Of a DNA stretch of 57,749 nucleotides, positions 8,053 to 15,619 are shown one piece after another. Under the pieces are notes generated by a model. That model was not told where the DNA came from, searched no databases, and worked only from the letters and a program-made list of their open reading frames with translations. Position 1 is the first letter of the stretch. Every line of letters starts with the position of its first letter. The DNA comes from a virus (lineage: Duplodnaviria; Caudoviricetes), in IMG/VR virus record IMGVR_UViG_3300030037_000004, positions 1-57,749 of that record. One strand, 5' to 3'. Both the position numbers and the translations under genes were made by a program.

Positions 8053-9605
8053 GAGTTCTTACCTTGGCGTGCTTTAGAGTTAAGCTCTTTCAAGACAGCA
8101 GCCAAGCCAGTTTCTAGATCAGCTACCTTGTTCTCGATGTACGAGCCAGTACCAGCTAGATCATCAAAGGACTTGATTTCCTGCTTGATTCGACGAACGT
8201 ACACAGTCAACATCTCTGTGCTGGTGTCAGGGCCGATTTCTATACCGAAGATGCGGGTGAATTTTGCTACTGCTTTAGTTGAATAGTTCATGGTAGGTAT
8301 TTCCTTAGTTGGGTGTAAGCTTGTAGTGAGGGTTTCACTAGTGGCCTTACGGTTCTTCATGATTACAAATTTGTGTTCTGGCAACTCCATGGGCTCTAGG
8401 CTCATCTTGGTGCCGTCGGGGTGATGGAAATGGGCTAACAAGTCAATGTAGCGTGGCTTGCTAGATACTACCTTGCGTTCTGGTTCTGGGCTACAGGGCT
8501 GATCAAGCATGTGCTTATACAGAGACTTGAAGTCATTCTGGTACACCTTCACCTGTATTTCTTCTAGTTGGCGCGTGTACTCATCAACACTAGCCTTGTT
8601 CACGGTGTGGTTAGTACGGGTTAGCAATTCAATACGGTTACCATCTTCGTCCAAGGTTTCAAGCTCTTTGTGCAGTAATTGGTGGCACTTGTTCTCAGAC
8701 ACCGCAGATAGCGGCTTGTAAGGCTTACACATGTTATTCAGGACTTTACGTTCCTGACTCCCTAGGGCATCAAACTTGTGCTTACGTAGTAGGTTTTCCA
8801 AACGCGCGCTAGGGTAAGCTTCAGTGTACCGGATGATAGACTGAGCCACAGCCATGATAGCTTCATTCTCAGTCAAGATAGGTACAGCCATGATAGCTTC
8901 ATTCTCAGTCAAGACAGGTACAGGGGGTGCAGGAAAGAACTTGCCAGCTTCAACCAGTTCAGCTACGTGCTTGTCTAAAGCAGGCCAAAGTTTGCTAAAG
9001 TTGGTATTCTTTATCAGCTCGAAGTGCATAGCTATTGCTATCAAGCCGTCCTTCTCTAGTGGGTAGTCACCGGATGCAACATCCTTGTGTGCTCGGGGAG
9101 TACTAGCCCGCACCCATTGCTGAACCCAGGCGGTTAATTGCTCATCAAACTCGCCAGCCTTCTCAAGTTCAACACAAATGTCAGGGTTGCGCTCACGTAG
9201 CTTTATACGTACTCTTCGTGTGACATTCCCCAATGCTAGGCCATGTGGTGCCTTACGGGTAACTGCACACAAGCTAGCACGAGTCCGTACACAGAGTGCT
9301 CTTGTCTGACCACACAACTCTTGCAACATGCCGTGGTCGAAATCCGTCTCGCATTGTAGTGCAAACTGATTCACTAGTATGTCTACACTACTAGGAGACA
9401 ACATCACAGACATGACAGCACGTACTTCACGTGCCATTTCACGCTTGCTAACGGCACCACTGTGAGTCCCGTAAAGCTCATCTACTATCTCAGCAAGTAA
9501 ATCCAAGGTATTAGGTAGTGGGTTTGCCAGAGCGATAGATACATACTGGGCGTTACACATGGTTGTACGACACTTGTCGGCTATCATGGGGTAATTGTAC
9601 TGCAT
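8028..9605 (-). CDS. Large hypothetical protein (525 aa)
   Basis: Long ORF with GAGG RBS; no motif recognised. Confidence 0.8.
   Translation of the reverse strand: MQYNYPMIADKCRTTMCNAQYVSIALANPLPNTLDLLAEIVDELYGTHSGAVSKREMAREVRAVMSVMLSPSSVDILVNQFALQCETDFDHGMLQELCGQTRALCVRTRASLCAVTRKAPHGLALGNVTRRVRIKLRERNPDICVELEKAGEFDEQLTAWVQQWVRASTPRAHKDVASGDYPLEKDGLIAIAMHFELIKNTNFSKLWPALDKHVAELVEAGKFFPAPPVPVLTENEAIMAVPILTENEAIMAVAQSIIRYTEAYPSARLENLLRKHKFDALGSQERKVLNNMCKPYKPLSAVSENKCHQLLHKELETLDEDGNRIELLTRTNHTVNKASVDEYTRQLEEIQVKVYQNDFKSLYKHMLDQPCSPEPERKVVSSKPRYIDLLAHFHHPDGTKMSLEPMELPEHKFVIMKNRKATSETLTTSLHPTKEIPTMNYSTKAVAKFTRIFGIEIGPDTSTEMLTVYVRRIKQEIKSFDDLAGTGSYIENKVADLETGLAAVLKELNSKARQGKNSCAWMTTK
8848..8923. 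repeat. Tandem duplication, 36 bp unit x2 (P[VI]LTENEAIMAV)
   Basis: 8848-8883 and 8884-8919 differ at one base. Confidence 0.95.
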
Positions 9606-9617
9606 AAGTACCTCGAA

Positions 9618-9638
9618 AGCCCACCATAAAGGCAGGCT
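9618..9638 (-). promoter_or_regulatory. Intergenic hairpin, near-identical arms to 34201-34219
   Basis: AGCCUGCC-UUUAU-GGUGGGCU. Confidence 0.55.
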
Positions 9639-9646
9639 AGTTTAAG

Positions 9647-10060
9647 TTAAGCGCTAAGCTGGTTCATTTCCATCAAAACAACTTGTGCTAGTTCAATGTG
9701 GTGCTGGTTAGCTGGATCTGCACACCATGCTACGTACTCAGGATGTACTTGTGCTTTAGCTTTATCGTAAGAACCACGGCGTGCTTTGATGCCATAGACA
9801 GTTAAGCCAGCGATTGTACCCACGGCTGTTGCTGCATCTACATCAGTGAAGTCACCGAACTCGATAAATTCCTTGCCCTTCTTGATTGAAACATGAAAGG
9901 GTACTTGCACGTCAAACTGGTTAGGGTAAACATTGGCACGATTGCCTTCACGCAGCTCTAGCTTGAGTTTACGAACTTGTAGTTCAGACATCTTAACCTT
10001 AGCCTTGCCCGCTGGTACGTCTTGAATTGCTACTACGCTGTCTAATAATGATAAATCCAT
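9647..10060 (-). CDS. Hypothetical protein, possible AP2-like DNA-binding domain
   Basis: FHVSIKKGKEFIEFGDFTDVDAATAV resembles the AP2 pattern (weak). Confidence 0.6.
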   Translation of the reverse strand: MDLSLLDSVVAIQDVPAGKAKVKMSELQVRKLKLELREGNRANVYPNQFDVQVPFHVSIKKGKEFIEFGDFTDVDAATAVGTIAGLTVYGIKARRGSYDKAKAQVHPEYVAWCADPANQHHIELAQVVLMEMNQLSA

Positions 10061-10430
10061 GATATATACTCTTCAATTAGTTGATTGTTAGTTCAAACGA
10101 ACTAGATAGCACCCTCTCACTACTCGCGTTCACCACATTTGCAATCTGGTTACTAGTCGGAAGTCGAAGGCACTACATAGTTAGCTCGTTACCTAGTGCT
10201 GTTTTGTATCTAGGCTGTGGTTGGCACCCGAAGGTCAACTCTTGACGCTAGTTTCCATCAGTCATGTAGGTTCCGTTGCAGATACCGATAGGCTCTGTCT
10301 AGTGGTTAAGCTAGTTACTTATATTGGGGCACATCAGGCCAAGTTTTAAAGGATATTAACCCTTACATTAACATGATACTACCCTCCAGGTTGTTAAAGA
10401 ACGCTTGTATGTTTTGAATTAGCCGTAAGT

Positions 10431-10444
10431 AGACTCTACCTATA
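10431..10444 (-). promoter_or_regulatory. Candidate phage RNAP promoter/initiation motif TATAGGTAGAGTCT
   Basis: 13/14 identical to 14814-14827; intergenic; same orientation. Confidence 0.5.
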
Positions 10445-10449
10445 GCTCA

Positions 10450-10659
10450 TTAAATCGCTTGAACTTGAACCTTGCTTTTGCCCTTTTCATGCATCTTTAA
10501 CGCATTTAAAACACATTGCTCTATTACCATCGTTACCATGTAGAAGATGGTAAAGGCTAGAAACACGTTAGCACAAGTGTCAGGCGTATCAGCACCCATA
10601 GGCACTATGCCCAACCACAGCAAGACACAGGTTAGTATAAATAGGAGCCAGGTCTTCAT
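10450..10659 (-). CDS. Small membrane protein (69 aa)
   Basis: Two hydrophobic segments; ATGA overlap. Confidence 0.7.
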   Translation of the reverse strand: MKTWLLFILTCVLLWLGIVPMGADTPDTCANVFLAFTIFYMVTMVIEQCVLNALKMHEKGKSKVQVQAI

Positions 10660-10862
10660 ACCATTAAATCCTTTTTATGGGTAGCTAGGAACCACCCAGA
10701 ATACAAAGATACTGCCGCTAACTCTCCAGATTCAGACCCATAGGCCATAGCTGCCCAAGTACCGCCAATGCTGGCTAAGTCTGCTTGAAACGCCGCGTCT
10801 GCGGTACCCCTACTAATCACTTCCTTAGCTCCTGCATCTACCACTTCTTTACTTAAGCTCAT
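10656..10862 (-). CDS. Hypothetical protein (68 aa)
   Basis: ATGA overlaps on both sides. Confidence 0.7.
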   Translation of the reverse strand: MSLSKEVVDAGAKEVISRGTADAAFQADLASIGGTWAAMAYGSESGELAAVSLYSGWFLATHKKDLMV

Positions 10863-11596
10863 GACATCACCTTCTTACACGTGAATTGGATTGTCTCAAG
10901 ATCTGCAATCACACCTAAGTGGTCACAGTACGTTTGTACTCCTTCAGCACCGGCTAGGTACATGCTTGCTACAGGCACAAACCCATCGTGCGGGCCAGTT
11001 AATCCTAAGTTAGCGTACCAAGATAGTGGATTCCAGAAAGAGAATTGCTTTGTCGTGTACATGGTAGTCATGTTTGGACAAGCTGCAGCCTTACCTTTGT
11101 CGTACTCTTGCAGGTGAGTTTGCAGGCAAGGGCTCTCAAGGGACTCTATAATGGTACTACCAAACATCAAGGCAGCAGCTTTTCGGCCAAGCGGCAGGTC
11201 ATCTACCCAATTTACTCCTTCATTGGGAGAACCAAGCTGTACTATTTGTTGGAACTTGTAGAACAAGGAAAGGTCTAGGTTGCGTAGTATTAACCCGCCC
11301 AAGCTATGACCAATACCAGCGAACTCTACGTCAACGTAGTTCAGGTCTAGTGCGTCCATGCGTTCATCAACCTGATGATCCACTTGCTCGCACACGTCTA
11401 GGAAGCTCTTCCCACGCGCATTATAGCTAACGGATAGTATATCTTTTGCGGGTACGCCCATGTTTATCAGCGTGCCTCGGAAGGCGACCATTGTTGAAGG
11501 CATACCGAGGGGTGTCAGGCCGTGGACTAACAAGTACAGCCGTCTTTTTGAGTTTGAGGTAGTCATTGTAGTATCCTTGTAAGTCTGCATCAGCAC
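10859..11596 (-). CDS. Alpha/beta hydrolase (lipase/esterase, PGAP1-like)
   Basis: LLVHGL oxyanion region, GHSLGG nucleophile elbow, LGSPNEG, HDGFV (Asp), DHLG (His); start may be 11566. Confidence 0.88.
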   Translation of the reverse strand: MLMQTYKDTTMTTSNSKRRLYLLVHGLTPLGMPSTMVAFRGTLINMGVPAKDILSVSYNARGKSFLDVCEQVDHQVDERMDALDLNYVDVEFAGIGHSLGGLILRNLDLSLFYKFQQIVQLGSPNEGVNWVDDLPLGRKAAALMFGSTIIESLESPCLQTHLQEYDKGKAAACPNMTTMYTTKQFSFWNPLSWYANLGLTGPHDGFVPVASMYLAGAEGVQTYCDHLGVIADLETIQFTCKKVMS

Positions 11597-11789
11597 ACAC
11601 TCTTGACTCCATCTCCATTAGCCAGAGTATTGAAGAGTACGTAGCGTTGTTTAGGTGGGGTTGGTTGTGATACAAAAGGTCACGCTTGTACACTTGATAG
11701 TCTAGCCCGAGCTTCCAACTGGTTATCAAGTGTTTGAAAGCAGGAGTCTGTAAGTCGAGCAAGTCGTGCATGATTGGGCACTGGTTCAT
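11427..11789 (-). CDS. Hypothetical protein (120 aa)
   Basis: ATGA coupling to the upstream gene; 3' end overlaps the hydrolase ORF by up to 170 nt. Confidence 0.5.
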   Translation of the reverse strand: MNQCPIMHDLLDLQTPAFKHLITSWKLGLDYQVYKRDLLYHNQPHLNNATYSSILWLMEMESRVCADADLQGYYNDYLKLKKTAVLVSPRPDTPRYAFNNGRLPRHADKHGRTRKRYTIR

Positions 11790-12151
11790 ACGCTATCACC
11801 GTAAGTGTTGTTCATTTCACTTTCAAGTCTGGCCAACGAAGATTGAGTTACGGCTAATACAGGCTTGAGCCCGCCTGCGTTAACCATGCCACAATCACAA
11901 CTCTGTCTACGTATGGCAAGCTCTAGAGCGTTTACTGACAGCCGCAGTTGGCGACGCCTGTGTATAGCTATTTCTTTCTCTCGGGCCACAGCAGGATTTG
12001 GTTTCGCATCCTTTGTGGTACAAGTGTCCTGGGTAGCCTTTGTGTAATTTGGATGTTGTTTCACTAACCACACAAGTACTTTCTTTACTGCATTGCTTAC
12101 TACAGACATCACCATTAGAGCAGCGAGGTAGAACAGGTTTCTTATTCTCAT
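11786..12151 (-). CDS. Hypothetical protein with hydrophobic N-terminus (121 aa)
   Basis: AGGA RBS; ORF in the gene string. Confidence 0.65.
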   Translation of the reverse strand: MRIRNLFYLAALMVMSVVSNAVKKVLVWLVKQHPNYTKATQDTCTTKDAKPNPAVAREKEIAIHRRRQLRLSVNALELAIRRQSCDCGMVNAGGLKPVLAVTQSSLARLESEMNNTYGDSV

Positions 12152-12195
12152 CAGATTTTCCTAGTAACAGGTTAGTAATACGTTCATGAGGTTGA

Positions 12196-12405
12196 TCAAA
12201 GCGTTGATTCATGGATAACTCCACAGGCATAACGAAGGAATGGAAGACAAAGGATAGCAGCTATGCAACAAGGCACATTCCACCACCCAAGGTCACGTAT
12301 TAAGAAGGGCCATGCCATTACAAAGAACGCATAAAACATAGCGAACAAGCATAACAGGTAAGCCCTAAACTCACGCCAGGACATTATAGAACAGTCCAGC
12401 AACAA
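12196..12405 (-). CDS. Small membrane protein (start uncertain)
   Basis: Two hydrophobic segments. Confidence 0.5.
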   Translation of the reverse strand: MLLDCSIMSWREFRAYLLCLFAMFYAFFVMAWPFLIRDLGWWNVPCCIAAILCLPFLRYACGVIHESTL

Positions 12406-12504
12406 TGCAGATCATGGTGATTACTACAGTGGCGCAGACCCCACCCATAGGCTCAATGTTTGGAGCTTGGTAGTGATCTTTACCAGGTCGATAGTCGGGT
12501 AATT

Positions 12505-13023
12505 TCATACTAGTTCTTCCTTGTGCATCTTCTTAAGCGCGCCTTCTCTTTGTTGATAAGAACTGACACAGGATTGATGGTGCTGTCCTCTTGCAAGGTA
12601 CAGATGTTTTGTTTGACTTGATACAATGCGTCCTGGAAGCTGATCGACCTTTGCATCATGTAGTAACGCAATAGTATGCTCACTGTCTTGGTACCGCAAT
12701 TTGGTTGTTGATCCGGTTATATCGCAGGCTATAAGGCACTCGGTACTAGGGCGAAGCTGCTCATCAAGCTTGGCCATCCACTCCCTGAACTGTATCCAAC
12801 TAGTTTTAGCAGCGTTGTCTAGTGCTTGCTGGAAGTTATCGGCATCATGCTGGTTAATTTGATTGTCAAGGTAGTGCTTAGTAGTAGAAGTACAAGCTGG
12901 CAAAGACGGCGAGCCCAAAAGCCATAACCACAATGGGTACGATACAGCCAGAAGGATGACTATCCCCAGGAGCAAGCCTAGGACTATTTGTATTGGTTCC
13001 ATTATTAGTTTCCTCAGTTTCAC
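12505..13023 (-). CDS. Membrane-anchored hypothetical protein
   Basis: N-terminal TM helix; probable start at MEPIQ after GAGGA. Confidence 0.65.
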   Translation of the reverse strand: MKLRKLIMEPIQIVLGLLLGIVILLAVSYPLWLWLLGSPSLPACTSTTKHYLDNQINQHDADNFQQALDNAAKTSWIQFREWMAKLDEQLRPSTECLIACDITGSTTKLRYQDSEHTIALLHDAKVDQLPGRIVSSQTKHLYLARGQHHQSCVSSYQQREGALKKMHKEELV

Positions 13024-13306
13024 GGTAGGGTTTGCCAGGGTCTGTAAGGCTTAAGTCCTGCTCATACCTATCAGAATACAAGTCATTAAAATCTTTGAAG
13101 AACTTGCAGTACTGGGTATAGGTGACCTTAGGCAAGCTACCACCAGCCAGCACATAATCGTGATGGCTAGTGCCTTGGCAGTACGCCCTTAATACTTCAT
13201 CTTTAGCGGCAAATTGTATATGTGCATTACCGTTAAAGTGCGGTACTAGGAAGAAACCCATGAACGAGCCAGATTCATGGGTAAACTGCTTACCCATTGA
13301 GTGCAA
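12878..13306 (-). CDS. Hypothetical protein (142 aa)
   Basis: GGAG RBS; overlaps the downstream ORF. Confidence 0.55.
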   Translation of the reverse strand: MHSMGKQFTHESGSFMGFFLVPHFNGNAHIQFAAKDEVLRAYCQGTSHHDYVLAGGSLPKVTYTQYCKFFKDFNDLYSDRYEQDLSLTDPGKPYRETEETNNGTNTNSPRLAPGDSHPSGCIVPIVVMAFGLAVFASLYFYY

Positions 13307-13772
13307 GACCCACTCCAGGTGCTATAATAAAGCCAACTGGACTATTATCTGAGGGTTTCATAGCAGGTGCTATCGTGTCATATACGGACTCGCTAACCAT
13401 TTTACGGCCTCTGGAGTGCATATGTGACTTGTAATGCTCATACGTATCCTCAGTAGCTACCTTGAACTCTCGTGCAAGTGCGTACGCGTCATCGTTATCA
13501 AATACACACTCGTCATAGTATGAGTTGATTAGGTTATAGCCAGAACGAGACAGCTCATAGATAGACACATCACCCTTACGTAATAGGCGCAGGTCACCAA
13601 CAAGGGAGATATAAGTGTCATAGTCAAGACAATCAACAACATCAAGCACACCCTCGCTACACATTACCTTGTACTGGCCGTGTGTAATGGATTGTGCTTC
13701 ACAGTTAACGATTAAGCTGGTCTTACGAGGATTGCTTTTTAGTGCTAGGGTTAGTAGATCGAAGGTTATCAT
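13290..13772 (-). CDS. Hypothetical early protein (160 aa)
   Basis: TAAGGA RBS before the ATG at 13772. Confidence 0.8.
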   Translation of the reverse strand: MITFDLLTLALKSNPRKTSLIVNCEAQSITHGQYKVMCSEGVLDVVDCLDYDTYISLVGDLRLLRKGDVSIYELSRSGYNLINSYYDECVFDNDDAYALAREFKVATEDTYEHYKSHMHSRGRKMVSESVYDTIAPAMKPSDNSPVGFIIAPGVGLALNG

Positions 13773-13944
13773 ATGCTTTCCTTAGGGATAAGTAGGATAC
13801 TGGGGTGATCTGCAAGTGTGCAGGTAAGGTGCTGGTATACTCATTAAGGGTCTTGCCCTCTTTAGCGTACTCTCCAGCAAGTGTTTGTACTATCTGTGCC
13901 AGGTGACCAAGGGCGCGCCGTCTAGCTCTTTCAAGTGGCAACAC
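13723..13944 (-). CDS. Hypothetical early protein (73 aa)
   Basis: GGAGG RBS before GTG. Confidence 0.65.
   Translation of the reverse strand: MLPLERARRRALGHLAQIVQTLAGEYAKEGKTLNEYTSTLPAHLQITPVSYLSLRKAYDNLRSTNPSTKKQSS
13769..13794. repeat. 26 bp perfect inverted repeat, left copy (partner 14362-14387)
   Basis: TCATATGCTTTCCTTAGGGATAAGTA is the exact reverse complement of 14362-14387. Confidence 0.95.
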
Positions 13945-14233
13945 TGTTAACCTCCAGTATGTCTTGTCTTTCTACGATAGGGTGATTGGGCCATTTCTTG
14001 TCAATACTACCAAGTTTAACAGCCATAGGCTCTCGTGTCAGTGCCTTGTACTGTGCTTGGTTACGGATGACTAAGCTTGGGTCTACAAAGTCGTGGTAGT
14101 CACCATAGTCAAGCCCTAGCAAGCTACAGTGAGTAGCTACTTGGAGCTTAACCTGCATCATACTCTGACTTGCAGCGTGCTTTACCGTGTTAAGATCGTG
14201 CTGCTGCGTAGTTGATAGGTCATTGATACGCAT
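13931..14233 (-). CDS. Hypothetical early protein (~100 aa, MRIND...)
   Basis: GGAGG RBS before the ATG at 14233; the longer ORF-track start overlaps the upstream gene. Confidence 0.7.
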   Translation of the reverse strand: MRINDLSTTQQHDLNTVKHAASQSMMQVKLQVATHCSLLGLDYGDYHDFVDPSLVIRNQAQYKALTREPMAVKLGSIDKKWPNHPIVERQDILEVNSVAT

Positions 14234-14300
14234 TACATACCTCCAAGGTACATGATTGAACAGGTTAGGGTAGCCCAGCAACAGGCTTGGAATATGTAGT

Positions 14301-14576
14301 TTAGAATGGTACGTCTTCAGACTCATCACAAAGTATCTTGTAATCAGCTTCAAGTTTATTGTACTTATCCCTAAGGAAAGCATATGAGACGCCTTGGGCT
14401 ATAAAAGCTAGGGCTAGTTCTTCGGATAAAGCTTTGTTCAGGTCGGATCTATCCTTAACTTGCTGCTTCAGGTTATCACGAAACGACGCATCTCTAGTTA
14501 TAGCTTCGTTGCAGGCTTGTGATAGTGTGGGCTTGTCAGCTTCTGCTATACCTTCTAAGAATGTCTTAGTATTCAT
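14301..14576 (-). CDS. Hypothetical early protein (91 aa)
   Basis: TAAGGA RBS; first gene after the non-coding block; acidic DVPF C-terminus. Confidence 0.75.
   Translation of the reverse strand: MNTKTFLEGIAEADKPTLSQACNEAITRDASFRDNLKQQVKDRSDLNKALSEELALAFIAQGVSYAFLRDKYNKLEADYKILCDESEDVPF
14362..14387. repeat. 26 bp perfect inverted repeat, right copy
   Basis: TACTTATCCCTAAGGAAAGCATATGA. Confidence 0.95.
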
Positions 14577-14618
14577 GATAAGTCCTTAATAGTGGAGGAT
14601 AGGTTAGGATAGTACGTG

Positions 14619-14650
14619 GCCAGCTACCCTCTCGTGAGGATACAACTGGC
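14619..14650 (-). promoter_or_regulatory. Leader hairpin upstream of the first early gene
   Basis: GCCAGU-UG-UAUCCUC-ACGA-GAGGGUA-GCUGGC. Confidence 0.5.
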
Positions 14651-14813
14651 TATTCGCTCTGGTTTATGTACGCCCAATAGGGATATATCTAGTAGTCTGG
14701 TTTACTACTACCCGCTTCTAACGGCACAGCCCCTAGCCTGCTTAATGTTTTATAGTAATCACAAGGGAGGAGTTTGTGGCTACTTGGTACTGGATAGGGT
14801 TTGAGTCTTGTAC

Positions 14814-14827
14814 AGACTCCACCTATA
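14814..14827 (-). promoter_or_regulatory. Candidate phage RNAP promoter/initiation motif TATAGGTGGAGTCT
   Basis: Recurs at 10431-10444 and 18194-18206; its GAGTCT pairs with AGACTC (14803-14819). Confidence 0.5.
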
Positions 14828-14839
14828 TGTCTATCTATC

Positions 14840-14864
14840 TTTAAAGCAAGCGAAGCGCGGTAGC
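14840..14864. repeat. 25 bp element, exact inverted copy of 47181-47205
   Basis: TTTAAAGCAAGCGAAGCGCGGTAGC. Confidence 0.95.
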
Positions 14865-15029
14865 TTACCAGTATTTGCTTGTAATCTCTTGTACTTAGGA
14901 TGCAAGTCACCAGCTAGGAGCGACAGCGATACATCACATACTCTTTTAACCAACAGCAACCAAGGATAATACTGGATTGAGGCTGGATCACGGTGGATCG
15001 CAATGGATTGAATACTCATATGCACGCTC

Positions 15030-15400
15030 AGATTGGATATAATAGGGTTAGGGCGGGATTTCTCGGGATATTAAGGATAAGGGCAGGATAATCTAGATAA
15101 CACTCCCAATCTGGCTTAATCTGGCTCTCAGTGGTTAGCACTTAGATTGCACTAGATAGTACTAAGGGGTAAGAAGAGGGAAGATACTAAGATGCTATGG
15201 CTTTAGTCTGGCTTGCACTTGGCTAGGGTTAAGGATGTACTTGGTAGGGTTGGATAGTACTGTTATTAGCTTGCCGCCCTGGGCTGGCTAGGCTCTGGCT
15301 TGTTACTGGCTAAACTCAGGCTAGTTACTTGCTTGAACTGGCTTGTAGCTGGCTAGTGTGGCTAGGTCTGGCTTGTAGCTTGCTTGTACAGGCTTTAACT
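15030..15400. repeat. Degenerate helically phased repeat array (GGAT/AGAT then TGGCTWG units, ~10.5 bp period)
   Basis: GCT at 15287, 15298, 15309, 15320, 15331, 15341, 15352, 15361, 15371, 15382, 15392. Confidence 0.8.
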
Positions 15401-15577
15401 AGTGTGATCTACCTCCTTTACGATGAATTTGACTTTGACCCTGGCCTTTGCCCTGTTCACCTATCTTTTGACTTTGACTTTGGCACTTGCTTGTTTCACC
15501 GGAACGCTATAGAACTGTGGCTGCGCCTTCTCCTTTACTAGCTTTACCCTGGATATGACAGGATTGTACTAGAATGT

Positions 15578-15614
15578 AATGTACTACACCCTCAACATGA
15601 AGGTGCAGCGCATT
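15578..15614 (-). promoter_or_regulatory. Hairpin directly after the RNAP1 stop (processing or termination site)
   Basis: GCUGCACCUUCA-UGU-UGAGGGUGUAGU plus AAUG/CAUU; no U-tract. Confidence 0.5.
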
Positions 15615-15619
15615 CTACT

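Noticed and set aside
10107-10175. tRNA-Cys (UUGCAAA loop on the minus strand)
   Set aside because: No D arm or T-loop (GTTC) and a mismatched anticodon stem; it folds better as a long hairpin
10240-10345. Hammerhead ribozyme (CUGAUG...GAAA)
   Set aside because: The core reads CUGAUGG or CUGAUGU rather than CUGAUGA, and I could not build the three stems
6323-12230. Alternative minus-strand ORFs 6323-6664 and 11907-12230
   Set aside because: Each largely overlaps a same-strand ORF with a better RBS and gene coupling
14616-15541. Short ORFs in the non-coding block (14689-14910, 14831-15025, 15329-15541)
   Set aside because: No convincing RBS; translations mirror the DNA repeats
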